Part shown: positions 22,391 to 34,700 of the stretch, piece by piece
Position numbering within the stretch: the stretch's first letter is position 1
How the letters are laid out: each line of letters begins with the position of its first letter
Assembly (NCBI GenBank): GCA_030265395.1
Contig: JARFYF010000063.1
Coordinates: 84,753,294-84,817,293, forward strand
Length of the DNA stretch: 64,000 bases
Source: Rhina ancylostomus
Taxonomy: Eukaryota
Reading direction: 5' to 3'
Position numbers and translations under genes: made by a program
The notes under the pieces: model-generated
What the model saw: only the letters and a program-made list of their open reading frames with translations
Database searches by the model: none
What the model was told of the DNA's origin: nothing

Positions 22391-25300
22391 ATTCAATCTT
22401 AAAAAAATGATGGGAATAAAAAGTTGGGATTCATAAGAGACCATGAAATTGTCAGATTGTTCTAAGATCCCTAATGTGTAATATGATGGAATTTGTGGCA
22501 GTACCATCATACATTAGAATGTGGTCCTCTAAACATCAATGGATGTCATCCATAGTTTCGTAAGTAATATGCATGAATAGTCTGGTCAGCACCGGAGAAG
22601 TTTAATTACATGTCCCTTTAAAATTGACAATTGGGGGGACAATTTATGTCTTAAAGTGTTGCTTTTGTTCCATGGATTGATTGAGAAGGAATCTGTAGTG
22701 TGCAGCAGATTATCATGAATTGTTATAGCCTGGTATAATCGATCTTAACATCATCTTTTAAGAGGAACTGAACCGCTACATTGTGGTGAGGAGTCCCTTA
22801 CACCAATGAGCCTAGATCCACATAGTGAAATGCATTATGATAATCAAAACTCAGAAGGCTCCTCTTTTGGAGAGGCAAGGAACATCAGAGCACATCTCGC
22901 CACTTCATTAATGTTCTTGGTCAAAAAAAAACTGTCTTAAAGTTCAATTGAAAAATGCCTTCTCATGTTATTCCTGCATGGCCTAACTCTTAATTTGAAG
23001 ATTATGACCTCTCATTAAGGTTTTCCCCTCCAGAGGAGGTAATTTCTGTATGTATGGCTATTTGCTTTATTAAAACTCTTTAAAAACCTTTTAATATGTT
23101 AGCCTTCAACCTTCTAAATCAGCCTCTTTTGCGCCTCAGTAAGCAACGCCCTATTGTGTATGCAAATGTCAAGTCTGGTACAATACAATGTCCAAGGTGA
23201 ACAAAACGAATTATTTTCTTAACACTGCTTCCCTGGAGTCTGTGTTTTTCTTTCATCTGTTCTTGTGTTTGTCCTAGGTTCTAGGTGGCCATGAATTTGG
23301 GAGGTGATTGGCCAAATATGTGCCACAAAATGGTCAAGGGACTGAGATGGCCCTTCCTGTAAGGCTGCTGCTTGTTATGTTTCAAGAGCTTATGAAGTCA
23401 TGCGTTGCCCCTTACAATCCCAATGGCACATGGCATCTTGAAAAGGAAAGCTAGACACCTTGTTTGTATGGCTATTTTGGGTGATGGCAGAATGAAGAAG
23501 ATGAATCATAGCCATTGCCATTGCAGCAGGTTCTGGATCTGTGGCCCCAGCAAGAAAGATGGTCTGATAAAAAGCCATAGGATCTTGAAAGGACTGAGAC
23601 ATTGTTGCATTTATCAATGCTGTTGTGGCCTCAAAACCAGTCTGCAAGATCTGTCTATTCTTTATTGTTGTCAGAGCTGAAAACTACAGTGTCGAGGTGA
23701 GGCACATATGTCTCTGGCCTCTGCTTAGAAGGGAGTGTGCTGCTGATTCTAAAGAAGCTATGTGTTTGACTGGTAATTAGAAAGATGTCATGACATTGAC
23801 ACAAAGGGGAACTCTAGACCTGAAAATTGTACCTGTTTGTTGTACTTACACAGAGATTAATCTGTGAATGTGTACGTTCATGTACTATTTCTATTTCTTG
23901 GCGATCCTTACCATGAAGAGCATAGCCCATTTATTTTTGTCTCATGAGTTTGAATGAGTTAGTACTATCTTGTCTCTTTTGTGAAAGTGCCATGCTCTCT
24001 GCATAATGCACTGAATGTTATGTACTTACCTCCCTTGGGTGTAAGTATTTAAACTGGATGGTTTGGGGCAAGGAAGTAAAGGAGAAACTAATGGAAGGCT
24101 TAACATCATTATTATTTCCTATATTGCCATCATCCTCTTTGTTGACTAAAGGGACATGAGCCCTGAAACCATCTCTTCATAGAACCACTCATCGTGTATT
24201 TGGGTTTCTTTGCAGAATGCACCATAAACAAAGAAGCAAAGCTTTATAAATCCAACAAGTGCCAGTTAATCATGAACAATTGTGGTTTATCCTTTCCAGT
24301 AAATAAAATATCCAGTGGATGCTCAAGGGTACAGCTCACTAACATTTAGTCAAACTTTACGAACTGGAAGACTTGTTTACTCACTCTTTCCACACCACTA
24401 ATGTTTTAACAATGGCTGTACTTTTTTTCATCATATTTGAATTGTATTGTCATGAAAAATATGAACTTTGTAAATCCAAGTTATTTAATACTTTTCCTTT
24501 TTAATGCTATTTCAAACTAGCTTCCTATACTTTACCATTACAGCATTAAAAATCGTAGAAAAATTGTCATTGCCGTAATTTAAATAAAAATAAATTTATA
24601 AACTAAAACTAAATTGTAAAAAGTTCATTTCCAAATTGTTAAAAACTATTACTGTGTAATATGCTGGTTGATAATTGTCCAATACCCCACTCACTCAAGA
24701 AAATGTTAAAATAATAATAAAGTATGCCAACGTAATTCCAGCAATATTGATTTTAACTTGCAGGTACTTGTCAAGTGTATATATGAACTGTTTTTAAATT
24801 TTGTTTCATTTTTGCACAGTGCTATTTCAAAAGTATGTCCATCCTGGAATCGCAGACAGCCCCTCCCTAGTTCCAAGATTGTTTCCAGATTGAGAAATCT
24901 ATAGAAAGTACCAAGTTCCACAGTGTAAAACATTGCCAAAGACTAGAAAACAGGATAAGACATAATCTAGAAAACCATAATTGGGTTTCATTAAGTAAAT
25001 GTTTGAATGTCTGTAGATTGTAAAAGACAGAGGGAAGTTGTGTGTCTGGGAAAGAATTTATTGGAAGTGGTTGGGGGGGTTGACATTCCACTGAGTTTCG
25101 CTGCCAATAGGGGAAAGAAAGAGAAAGTGTTTGACAGCATGTTTGTAGTTTAGGATAAATGACGACAGTTAAAGAGGAGCACTGACCACAGTATTGTCAA
25201 TACAATAAAGGTGATAATGGCTCTACAGAGAGAAAGAGATTTGGGTAACTAATTTCCTGTGGCAATGCTATCACCAGGTACTTAACAATAAGCATATATG

Positions 25301-26995
25301 ACATCACAAAACACAAGGTTCACTAAGCTTTAAGTGTAAAGACCTGAAATTTGGGCACTACTGAGGCTCTGTCTTATAAGAAAAAAAAGACTCCATCGAT
25401 TTTTGAAGTGGAAGAAACATTATGACAGTAGTACAAATTAGTTTGCAGATACAAGTTTTTAGAATAAACATATGCTTTTATGGAAAAAATTGAAATGATA
25501 ACTGATCGACTGAATTTTTGCATACTATAAGAAACAAGTACATTTTTTTACAGTTATGTGTAAAAGTTGATGAAGAGAAGAATAAAACAAAGAACTTGAA
25601 GTTATGCAACAACTTTCATGGTTTTAGAACATCCTGTATGCTTTGCAGACAATGGAAGAATGTTGTTATGAGTTGTGTGGGAGGATGTACAGTATAATTA
25701 AGGTAGCTATGGAAGTTTTTGAGACGCTACTTGGATTTAATAGACAGTAGATAACCAGAAATGGATAATAAGATAGAGCAAGGAGAGAAGAGAATGAAGT
25801 AGGTTTTGGACCAGGATCAGGACCTTGTCTGGAGTAGAGAGGGGTAGAGAAGGTTGGAGAGTGATTGGGGCCTTAGCAGAGAATACGATTGGGGTCTTGG
25901 GAATTTTTGGTCAGGACCAGAGCCAGAATGTGATCAGGAGTTCTGGGATGGTGGTGAGATAGATGTATGGGAAAGGTTTTGGTACAATTAGTAGGGTATG
26001 AATGAGAGCAGGAAAGAAGCATGCATGGGGGATTTCATCCCTGGGATGAAACCTGAGGAGGAAATAATCTTTAAAACAAGCTTGTTCTGAGAGTGCTCAA
26101 AGGCTGCACACTTCAGAACAATATGCCTTAATTTTTTTTTTGGGTAATACCCTTAAAGGTGTTCCTTGAAGAATTCTATTATAAGGGTATCTAACAAGGT
26201 CATTGTTCATTCTGATGATGGCAATGTTTGAGGCTTCTGATCCATTGGAGCAAAGCCTTGACATTTAGACACTCGTCTACCCAGCAGCAACGTGTTGCAA
26301 AGTCTTTGCAAAAGTCTGTAAAGGAAGTACATTTGATGACTTGGTATTTTCCTGTTCCATATTTAGTTTCCTAATGACCTTAAAGATATAAGATATTTTA
26401 GTTATGAAGATGTTTCAAACCCTATGCATGGACTAAAAAGCGAGTCTGGCATGTGGAATGTGTAATCGTTTCAGGTTCTGGGAGTTCCCAGTCCTAATCA
26501 CATTGCAATGAATGAAGCCTGGAAAGGGCTAAAGTTATTCCTGGGATATTTCTGTAGCAAGTTTAAGGCAACAGTGTCATTCATCTGGGCATTCCCCCAC
26601 ACATTGTAAAACAGAGTGTGTATGATTTGGGAAGACCAAAAAGAAACAAGTGAAGCACAAGATTTATAATGTGTATCGAAAGGTTTAGTCCATTTAATCA
26701 TCAGCATGCCAGCAGAAACACATATTTGAGAATTTGACATGGCGATCAACAAACACATCAGGATTTCTGGTGCCCATGCTTAAATTTCTGTTATACCCTA
26801 CTTTCTAATACTACAAAGAAAGAAAATCAATCCTGTTATTTCGTTATTCAGTCGTGAGTTTTTTGAACCGAACATTTGACTTGCTCGAGTAAAAATATAA
26901 TTTTCAATGTTACTTTTTACACGGCTTCTATTAGGTAAAATGTATTGAATGTTAATCTTAAGGTATAATTGTACCTAATTTTTTTCTATTTATAG

Positions 26996-27128
26996 GAGAT
27001 AAGTGCACTTTTAAAGGAAAATATTGGTTTAAGGGTCAAGCAATACCTTGAAGCAAGAAAGCAACATGGAAACACACGAACTAAACCAAACAAAGAACTT
27101 GCACCCAATAATCCGCTTTGCATTAAAG
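26996..27128 (+). CDS. SLX4IP: SLX4IP coding exon: EISALLKENIGLRVKQYLEARKQHGNTRTKPNKELAPNNPLCIK(G)
   Basis: Polypyrimidine tract plus tag acceptor, AAG|GTAAAA donor; 133 nt, phase 0-1; resembles human [24 protein letters not shown]...NPLSLKG. Confidence 0.95.
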
Positions 27129-28204
27129 GTAAAATAAAATTTATATTTTATGTGTTCATTAATGAAAGTAAAATCACTATCGAGATGAAACTATTGCCAA
27201 ATCATAAATCAATACAGCAAACTTCTGAGTCCACCAAATTCAAAGATCTTGGCCTAGGAAATCTTCCTTCAGGAAGAGGCATGTTAAATGTGAGATGTGT
27301 GGTAAGATAAACCATGTTTTGTACTGGGGCATGCCACTGTAAGATTCCATTACAGGGCCCAATAAGCATCAATGCTCAATGAATGGCCAAAAGAGTGGGG
27401 TGGGAGGATATGTAATCAAGGTAGCTTTGAGAGTTTTGTTTTTGACTTGCAATGTTGTTTGACAGAACTGGAGGCAGAACTTGGAGAAGGGAAGGTAGAG
27501 TTAATGAAATTCGAAAGTAAATGCAAAGATTTATCAAAGCTACCCCATTTGTTCTTCTAAGTATATTATGGGAAAAATGTTGACTGGCCAGAACAATTTA
27601 ATGGTGTATGAGGTATGAGTTTGAATGGTCAATTCATTTTCCTTTGTTATTCATCCTTCTGCAGTTGGGGTACAGTACCAAATCCTTACTGGGTGTGAGT
27701 GTGGTTACCTCGTGTTTCTGTCTGTTGTTGCTCCATAGTATTATTTTATGAATATAATTTATTCATAAAAATAAATTATTCATAAATATAAATACCCAAT
27801 GACAGCCAATTTTTAGTGCTTTCAGTGGAACAAAACTCTAATAGATTCATAAAAGGGTATGGGACTTGTTGTCTCGGATAACATCCTAGGTGATGAAGTC
27901 TGTCTTATCTTCAAAGGCAGTTTAATCAGCAGTTCCCAGTTTGGAGTGCTGATTTTGTAGTAATGTTTATTGCTTTGAAAAATTTGTTGGCAACCGTTTC
28001 TTCAGATAACTGCTAATCTTCAGTTCACATGATATCTGAATGTCCGAGTTGTGCAGTCAAAGTTTCTTTCTCATCGTGAATTCAGTTTACTAGTTCTCAA
28101 TCTAAGAGAGATCAGTAGGAAAGGGTGGGGCAACCTACCTAATTAATGTGTGGTACATTGTTCACTTATTATGTTATGTGATTCTGACTGTCAGCCATTG
28201 ATCT

Positions 28205-28400
28205 GTTTATAATACTCTTGTTTCTGAGTTAAAGGGATGTGGGTTCAAGTCCCACTTAGGGGAGTTGATGTCAAAAATGTAGGCTGGTATTCCAATGCAA
28301 TATTGAAAGACTGCTATACTGTTGAATGAGATATTAAACCAAGGACCCATTGCTCCTTCAGGTGGACATAAAAGACCCTGTGCCACTATTTTAAAATATT
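28205..28400 (+). mobile_element. Deu-domain SINE (SacSINE1-like)
   Basis: B-box gggttcaagtcccact, then tgagatattaaaccaaggaccc...caggtggacataaaagaccctgtgccactattt. Confidence 0.75.
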
Positions 28401-28439
28401 TCAACTTATACTTGTTCTGAACTGGAAATTACTTGTTTT

Positions 28440-28810
28440 CAAAATTCTGATTGTTGTGTTCAAATCCCTTAATGACTTTGTCCCCTTCAGTGACTTCCTC
28501 CAATCCAATTACCCTCCACATTCTGCCAATCCTTGCATATCCTGAAATTACATTACTGCACTGTTAGCAGCAGTGCCTTCAGCTGCTTCACAACTAAGTT
28601 TTGGCATTCCTCCGTAAACCTCTCTGGCTCCTTTCCCCCTACCTAAACCTTTCTGGCTCTCTCCCTCTCCCACCTCCTACATGGGTCTTTACTTAGTACC
28701 AATTTATTTTACCATGCTTTCTTTTAAAAATAAAACTATTTTCATATTTTATGAAGCTTAGTCATATTTAGTCTGTAAACACTCCTGGGACACCTTTGCT
28801 ATGTAATTTA
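28440..28810 (+). mobile_element. L2-type LINE 3' end
   Basis: tcaaaattctgattgttgtgttcaaatccctt...gccttcagctgc...ggcattcctccgtaaacctctc, the complement of the 7125-7920 family. Confidence 0.55.
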
Positions 28811-29639
28811 AATGCAGCTTGTGTGAATATGCCAACTTGGAAAGTAATTCAAACGTTTTTATTTTGCTCAATACTTGAATAAGATTGGTGATTTGTAATG
28901 TACAAATTGTTTCCTTTGAGGATTAGAAAATTTGGAAAAAAGCAGTTGAAATAACCAATATTCTCTTTGCAAATGGAATTCTGAGCTGTGTTCAATCCAC
29001 CCACTCACACTTGTTGCAGATCGTAAATTGGCATGTGTGGTCCATTCTTTAAACTACTGTGTCTGTTCAGACATGACTGATTTCCAGCAGGTCCAAAATG
29101 CAACAATAACACAACGTTGCAGAGGTGGAAGTCATCAAGCTCTCTGTCTTGAAGGAAGCCTTTGGCAGTCCATAACATCAGAGTTGCTATGCATATATTG
29201 TGGCTTCTTTTTTCTGAGATTGTTGGCACTAGTTAATGCATAGCTATGCCATTGCTTTCCTGTCCTTGACAACTATGACATTGCCAATGCACCTGGTCTC
29301 AAATTATTATTTGATGTTAATCTGTTGATATTTCAATGATGCAAAAGATATGAAGTCTTCATTGTGAGGTATCAAATTACTGTTGAATTTCATGAAGTAA
29401 ATTAGATATTGTATAATCCTACGGATGTTGCATGTCCATGATGGACACATTTTTTTCTTTTTATTTACTTAGTTGACACCCCGATTCCCAGAATTTACTA
29501 GTAATGGTTCAATCAAGTAAGACTGCATGTCTAAGAATGTTCGGTGACTTTGTTAAATGACAGAGTACCTTGTTCCATACAGCATCTTGTCAACCCTGTA
29601 TCTTACTTAATTGAACTGTATTTATAGTACAGGTGAATG

Positions 29640-30150
29640 AAGAAGATGTCCATGAAGACTGGTGACAAATCAGGCTGTGTTGTTGCCCTGACTTTTCTCA
29701 TCACAATGTTGCACTCACCCCCAAAAGACCTCCCACAGGAGTAGAGCTGATCTTCAGGACTAATGGAAAAATGTTCAAACTACAGCAATTGCACTACAGA
29801 ATCAAGGTCAACCAAACTTCAGTGGATTACCAAGCTGACAGGGGGAAAAAAGATTCAAGGATGTGCTCAAAGCTCCCTTGAAAAGGTGTATCATCCCTGC
29901 TAAGGCCTGGGTCCACGGTTGCTCAAAGTGGAGAAGCATTCGGGAGGGTATTGAGGCCCTTGAGCTAATACATCGGGAGCAGAGAGAAGCTGTGTAAACA
30001 GCAGAAGGANNNNNNNNNNNNNNNNNNNNNNNNNNNNNNNNNNNTGTCAAGCACTTCCTGCCCCATCTGTGGTTCTCCCATAGGCCTTATTATTCATCTC
30101 AGGATCCACAAAACCAGAATAGAAGCAAGTCATCCTTGATCTTGAGGAAG
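29640..30150 (+). mobile_element. RTE/BovB-like LINE remnant
   Basis: TG.KSGCVVA.T and GVELIFRTNGKMF-like segments; 3' end agaagcaagtcatccttgatcttgagg. Confidence 0.65.
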
Positions 30151-30200
30151 TGCATAAAAATAATAATTCTTATTATCGATAATAATAGTTACTCACTGTC

Positions 30201-30234
<34 letters not shown>
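30201..30234. repeat. (TTA)n microsatellite, ~11 units
   Basis: Perfect tattattatt... run. Confidence 0.95.
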
Positions 30235-30235
<1 letters not shown>

Positions 30236-32554
30236 TGGGAAGCTGCTGCTAGTATTTTGACAACCAAGCTTTGTGAATGCAACACATAGGGATTAAAGAT
30301 GTTCCTTTATAAAGGTTACATTCCTGTATTGAAAATCTTTCAGTCTAATGAAGTTCTGTAGGCTTTCTATTTCAATTATACAGGTATCAGAAATACAGTT
30401 TGGGATTTTTTTGATTGAGATCGTGGATTTGGTGAAAATCTTGTTCCTATTTAGATGGATAGTAAGCAAATTCAAATGCAGATTCTTGGCAAGACTGCTT
30501 ATGTAGATGAAATATTCTAAAACTTTTGCATTTTCTTTTATATTTATCTAACAAAATAAATTGATAGAAATGCAAGCTAAAAGTAAAAATTGTTGACCAT
30601 ATCATGCTTGGTTAAAATACCATGTAACATTAAATGAGGTATTTTATAGCTTCCATGGATGTAACGGTGTATATTTGAAGCTTATTAGATATTATTTATG
30701 AAACAGTAACAAACTTGGGAATGGAACATGAAGAAGATGCTTTGATCTGGATTTACTGGGATTATTTTTGAATCCTAGATTCAATAAAGAATAATACATT
30801 TTTTCCAATTTCTCAGATAAATTAATAATGGATTAAAACCTTGATTTAGCTGAAAATGTCTATAGAGGATTTATATTTTTCCTTGTCATGAGCATCAAAT
30901 ATGATTTCCTTGTGGCACTTTATGATGCATGGAACCGCCGATGAAGATGTAAATGAGAATTATTAATGTTTCAGTGAGGACCAGAATTGTAAAGCAATTT
31001 TAGGTTAAAATTACTTGAGTATATTTTGTAGATCTATTCTATTCTACTCAATTGATGTTTAATTTTGTTAAATAATTGCCAACTCCATAGGAGTAGCTGC
31101 TTAATCTTCAGTATTGGTTATATAAATGTAAGAGAGTTACAGTAGTTTTTGGTGTCTGAGTGCCAGTGAGAGAATAAGGGACCAAAGTAAGTGTAAGTGT
31201 ATCTGATGTGGTGTGTTCTGCTTTTAAAATCTAGAACAGATATAAACATTTTTTGCTGCAATAATTCTAATGGCAAAGCAGATTTTCATTAATTAATTGA
31301 TATTGATGGGACATCCCTGTTGAATTACCTCCATATTTTAAGCCTTTTCTCATGGGATGCAATAGATGTGACCACTTTTTATCAGACTGTGGTAAGATCT
31401 AACAGTGCCACAGGGCTTTCAAGCAGCACAGACTCAGCTGCTGCTGCTACTTGAGCTGCTTTTACTGGTACTTACTTTGTAAGTAAAAACAAAGAAATGG
31501 AAAGTTACCTTGGCATTAGTCATTCTTCTTCTACAGTTTTTCTTGTAATCTTGTACTACTTTGATTCTTTTCTATGGTGTGACCTGAAACAACCTGGGGA
31601 TGCAATTACCATTACCTCTGCTTCTGAAGCTTATAAGTGAATAAGGAGTTAAGGGTAACCACAGAACTGAAAGAAGGTCAGCAAGACTTGAAACCGGTTA
31701 GGTGATCTTTGNNNNNNNNNNNNNNNNNNNNNNNNNNNNNNNNNNNNNNNNNNNNNNNNNNNNNNNNNNNNNNNNNNNNNNNNNNNNNNNNNNNNNNNNN
31801 NNNNNNNNNNNAGGTGATCTTTGAATACGACAAGCCGAAGTTCTTTCTGAAATCACATGATTCCAATTTGTATCCATAATATTCTTACTATAATTCCTCC
31901 TATATTTCTATACATGGACAACAGAAATAGGCAGATCTTATCAGTTCAGAATTGCTGTTCCAAAGATGATCTTTGAGCCAGAAGAAACTTTTACAGGTTC
32001 AAATTTTTGGTGCCCCAGTTAATAAAATGGAATATAGGAAATGAAGTTGTAATTTGAAGTGTTCAGCGAAGATTATCATTACCCTCTCTGTTCAAACAAT
32101 TGTAGATAGATGGTGTAGAAAATAAATTGAAGTGAATTGAATGTTCAAAAATTTGTGTTTCTTTTTTCTCTCTGGTTCCTAAAATTAAGAAAATACATTA
32201 TTGTGTTAAAACATTAGGTGTAGGATTTTTTCTGCCACAGATTATAGTAAACTGAGGACATTTGATTTTTTTTGAAAGGCCTCCATTTATATGACATCTT
32301 GGCAGTATAGTTGTAATTAATACAAAGGTTATCTCCATTTGGAACTTCTTATTGAATTCCTAAATTTGATACTCAGCATATATGACGATACCTAATGAAG
32401 TTCAGATTGAGGAAAGAATGTACTTGAGGTCTTCTAAATAATCTGATAAGCATTGAGGTAATATTGCAAAATCTAGGAATTGCAAGGAGTGCTTTTTCTT
32501 GCATAGACTATGTACAATTTATTGTTTAAAAAGTTTCTTGCAATTTTTTTCTCA

Positions 32555-32875
32555 GCCTATTTTAAGGGTTGTGCACTAAAGCACTAGACCAGGAATCTAG
32601 GTTAATACTCCAATGCAATAAAAATGGAATGCCAATTGTTAAAGGTATGCTGTTTATGATAAAATGATAACCAGGATTCCATCTGATACTTAAAAGTATC
32701 AGTATTGAAAAATGGTAGTCTGTTCTTGGTGTTCTGGCCAACAATCTGCCTCGTATAGCAGAGAATAGATTAGTTGGTCATTTGCTGTATTTAGAAGCTT
32801 TTCACGATTTAATTAGTTGTCATATGGTAAAGGTGATTGCACTTCAAAAGTAATNNNNNNNNNNAAAAGTAATGC
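32555..32875 (+). mobile_element. Degenerate Deu-domain SINE
   Basis: atctaggttaatactccaatgcaa...aaggtatgctgtttatgat...gttcttggtgttctggccaaca...gtgattgcacttcaaaagtaat. Confidence 0.5.
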
Positions 32876-34489
32876 ATGATGATTCTTTTTCTTTTCTGCC
32901 TTTTGATGATGTTGGTTTGTTCCTTATATCTTTTCCTCATCTCTTTTTGTTTTCTTTGCAAACATTCAAAGACACAAAGCTAAAAGTTTACCCCCAGTTT
33001 CCAAAAGGGTTGCATAATCTTACAAAGCCTAATTTTACAATCTCAACTCAGATAAGCTATTTTCCAGAAGTGGTCTAAAATCTTCTCTGGTCCTAGAACA
33101 AATCATGCAATAAATGCCCAGAGGAAAAAATGGTTAAATATTCCATCAAGACAGCTATTTGCAGTGCATTTCATTTTAATTAATTTCTAACATGTCAGAA
33201 TCAACAACAATCTGAAGAGGTCAGCACCAATTGGAGAAACAGACATCAGTTGGGCATTGAAGTATCTGGGGAAGTGGACTTTAGGCCCCTTGTGTTAATT
33301 TCCTTCTGTGGTTGATATTTAAGCCATGGCAGAAGTTTGCTTTCAGATTCATTTGGGAAGCTGGAGATTGCGTGTCATTGGGGAGTTTAATTAAGATAAT
33401 TTTCAAGGCAGATTACGTGTACAGTAGACTTCAACTTTTCATAAGAAGTCATGCAGACTTAACTGTATAGTGAAATTGGGGAAAAGTGTTTGCTCAGAAG
33501 AACTGAGGTTACAAAGAAGTTTCTTTGAAAGGATAGCTGATACTGGAATTGAGGTAGAAAGCATCGAGTAATGTAAAGATGTGGTCAAGACTGGGGGAAC
33601 AGACTACAAATGGCTTTAATTTAAGGTGTATGTTGCTGACGTATAGCTACACTCGAGCCAGATTGTTTTTTCTGAGGCTCCAGAACACTTGTGTTAAGTC
33701 TAGATAACTCTTAAATTCTTTTCTTGGGGGCTTATTATCGAATTTCATTTTCAATTGTATATTTTGACTTTGTTGCATCTTGTGTACTGTTTTGATTGTT
33801 ATATCTTGTAGTTTACATATATGCTAATCAGACAGAAGAAACTTGACAATTGTAGATATAATTTAGTGCAACAAAGGGAATAGGATGTGCCACATCATTT
33901 TACATATTGCCATGTAATATATTATTCTGTGACTAAATTAATGTTGTGTTGTTCAAGCCTCAAAACTTAAATGACGTTATATATTTTTTTTAAAAGATGA
34001 ATTTAAATTTTCCACAGGCCACAGATCACAATTGTGGCTTTTTTTTAATGTGATAGATAAGATTTAATCAGAACTTGCCAACATCCTGTCACCTATTTTT
34101 CAATTGCTGGAGATTATTAATGTTCCAAATCATAAATTGCAAATTTTTATGTTCTACATCACCTGTTTCAATCCTTAAGCAAGTAATGTGTACTTGAGTT
34201 CAGATTGAGGTGTGTAATGATATTGAATACATCTTTCATCCCTGGATGCTGTGTGTTAGCAGACCTTTTGACCCATGGTTAATACTGATCATATTTTAAA
34301 CTTTCATCTTGCATTAATGAACACAATGACAGCATTGTGCTGAATTGTGCAGGTTGTGGTCATCCAAACTGGAGTCCAACCACTCCCTCCTAACTCAGAG
34401 TGTTGCCGTATAACTGCTGTGTTATCTGGGGAATTGAACTCCGATCTGAAGCCAGTAAGGATTGGAGTCCTCACTCATCTGAGCATCAG

Positions 34490-34700
34490 AAAATAGGAGG
34501 AGGCCACTTGCCCCTGCCTTGCCATTCAGTCAATTTAATTATGGCTGATCTGCCCTAGGCCTCAACTCCTGTTCTTTGCCATTTCCCTTTAGCCTCAATT
34601 CCCTGCTCTTTCAAAAATTTACGTGCTTTCACTTTAAGTATTCCCAGTGAACTCTCACCATCCTTTGCAAGATAAAGTTCCTACATGCCTCAGTTTTAAT
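34490..34700 (-). mobile_element. CR1-type LINE 3'UTR fragment
   Basis: aaataggaggaggccact...atggctgatctgcc...cctcaactcc, an antisense CR1 3' end. Confidence 0.6.
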
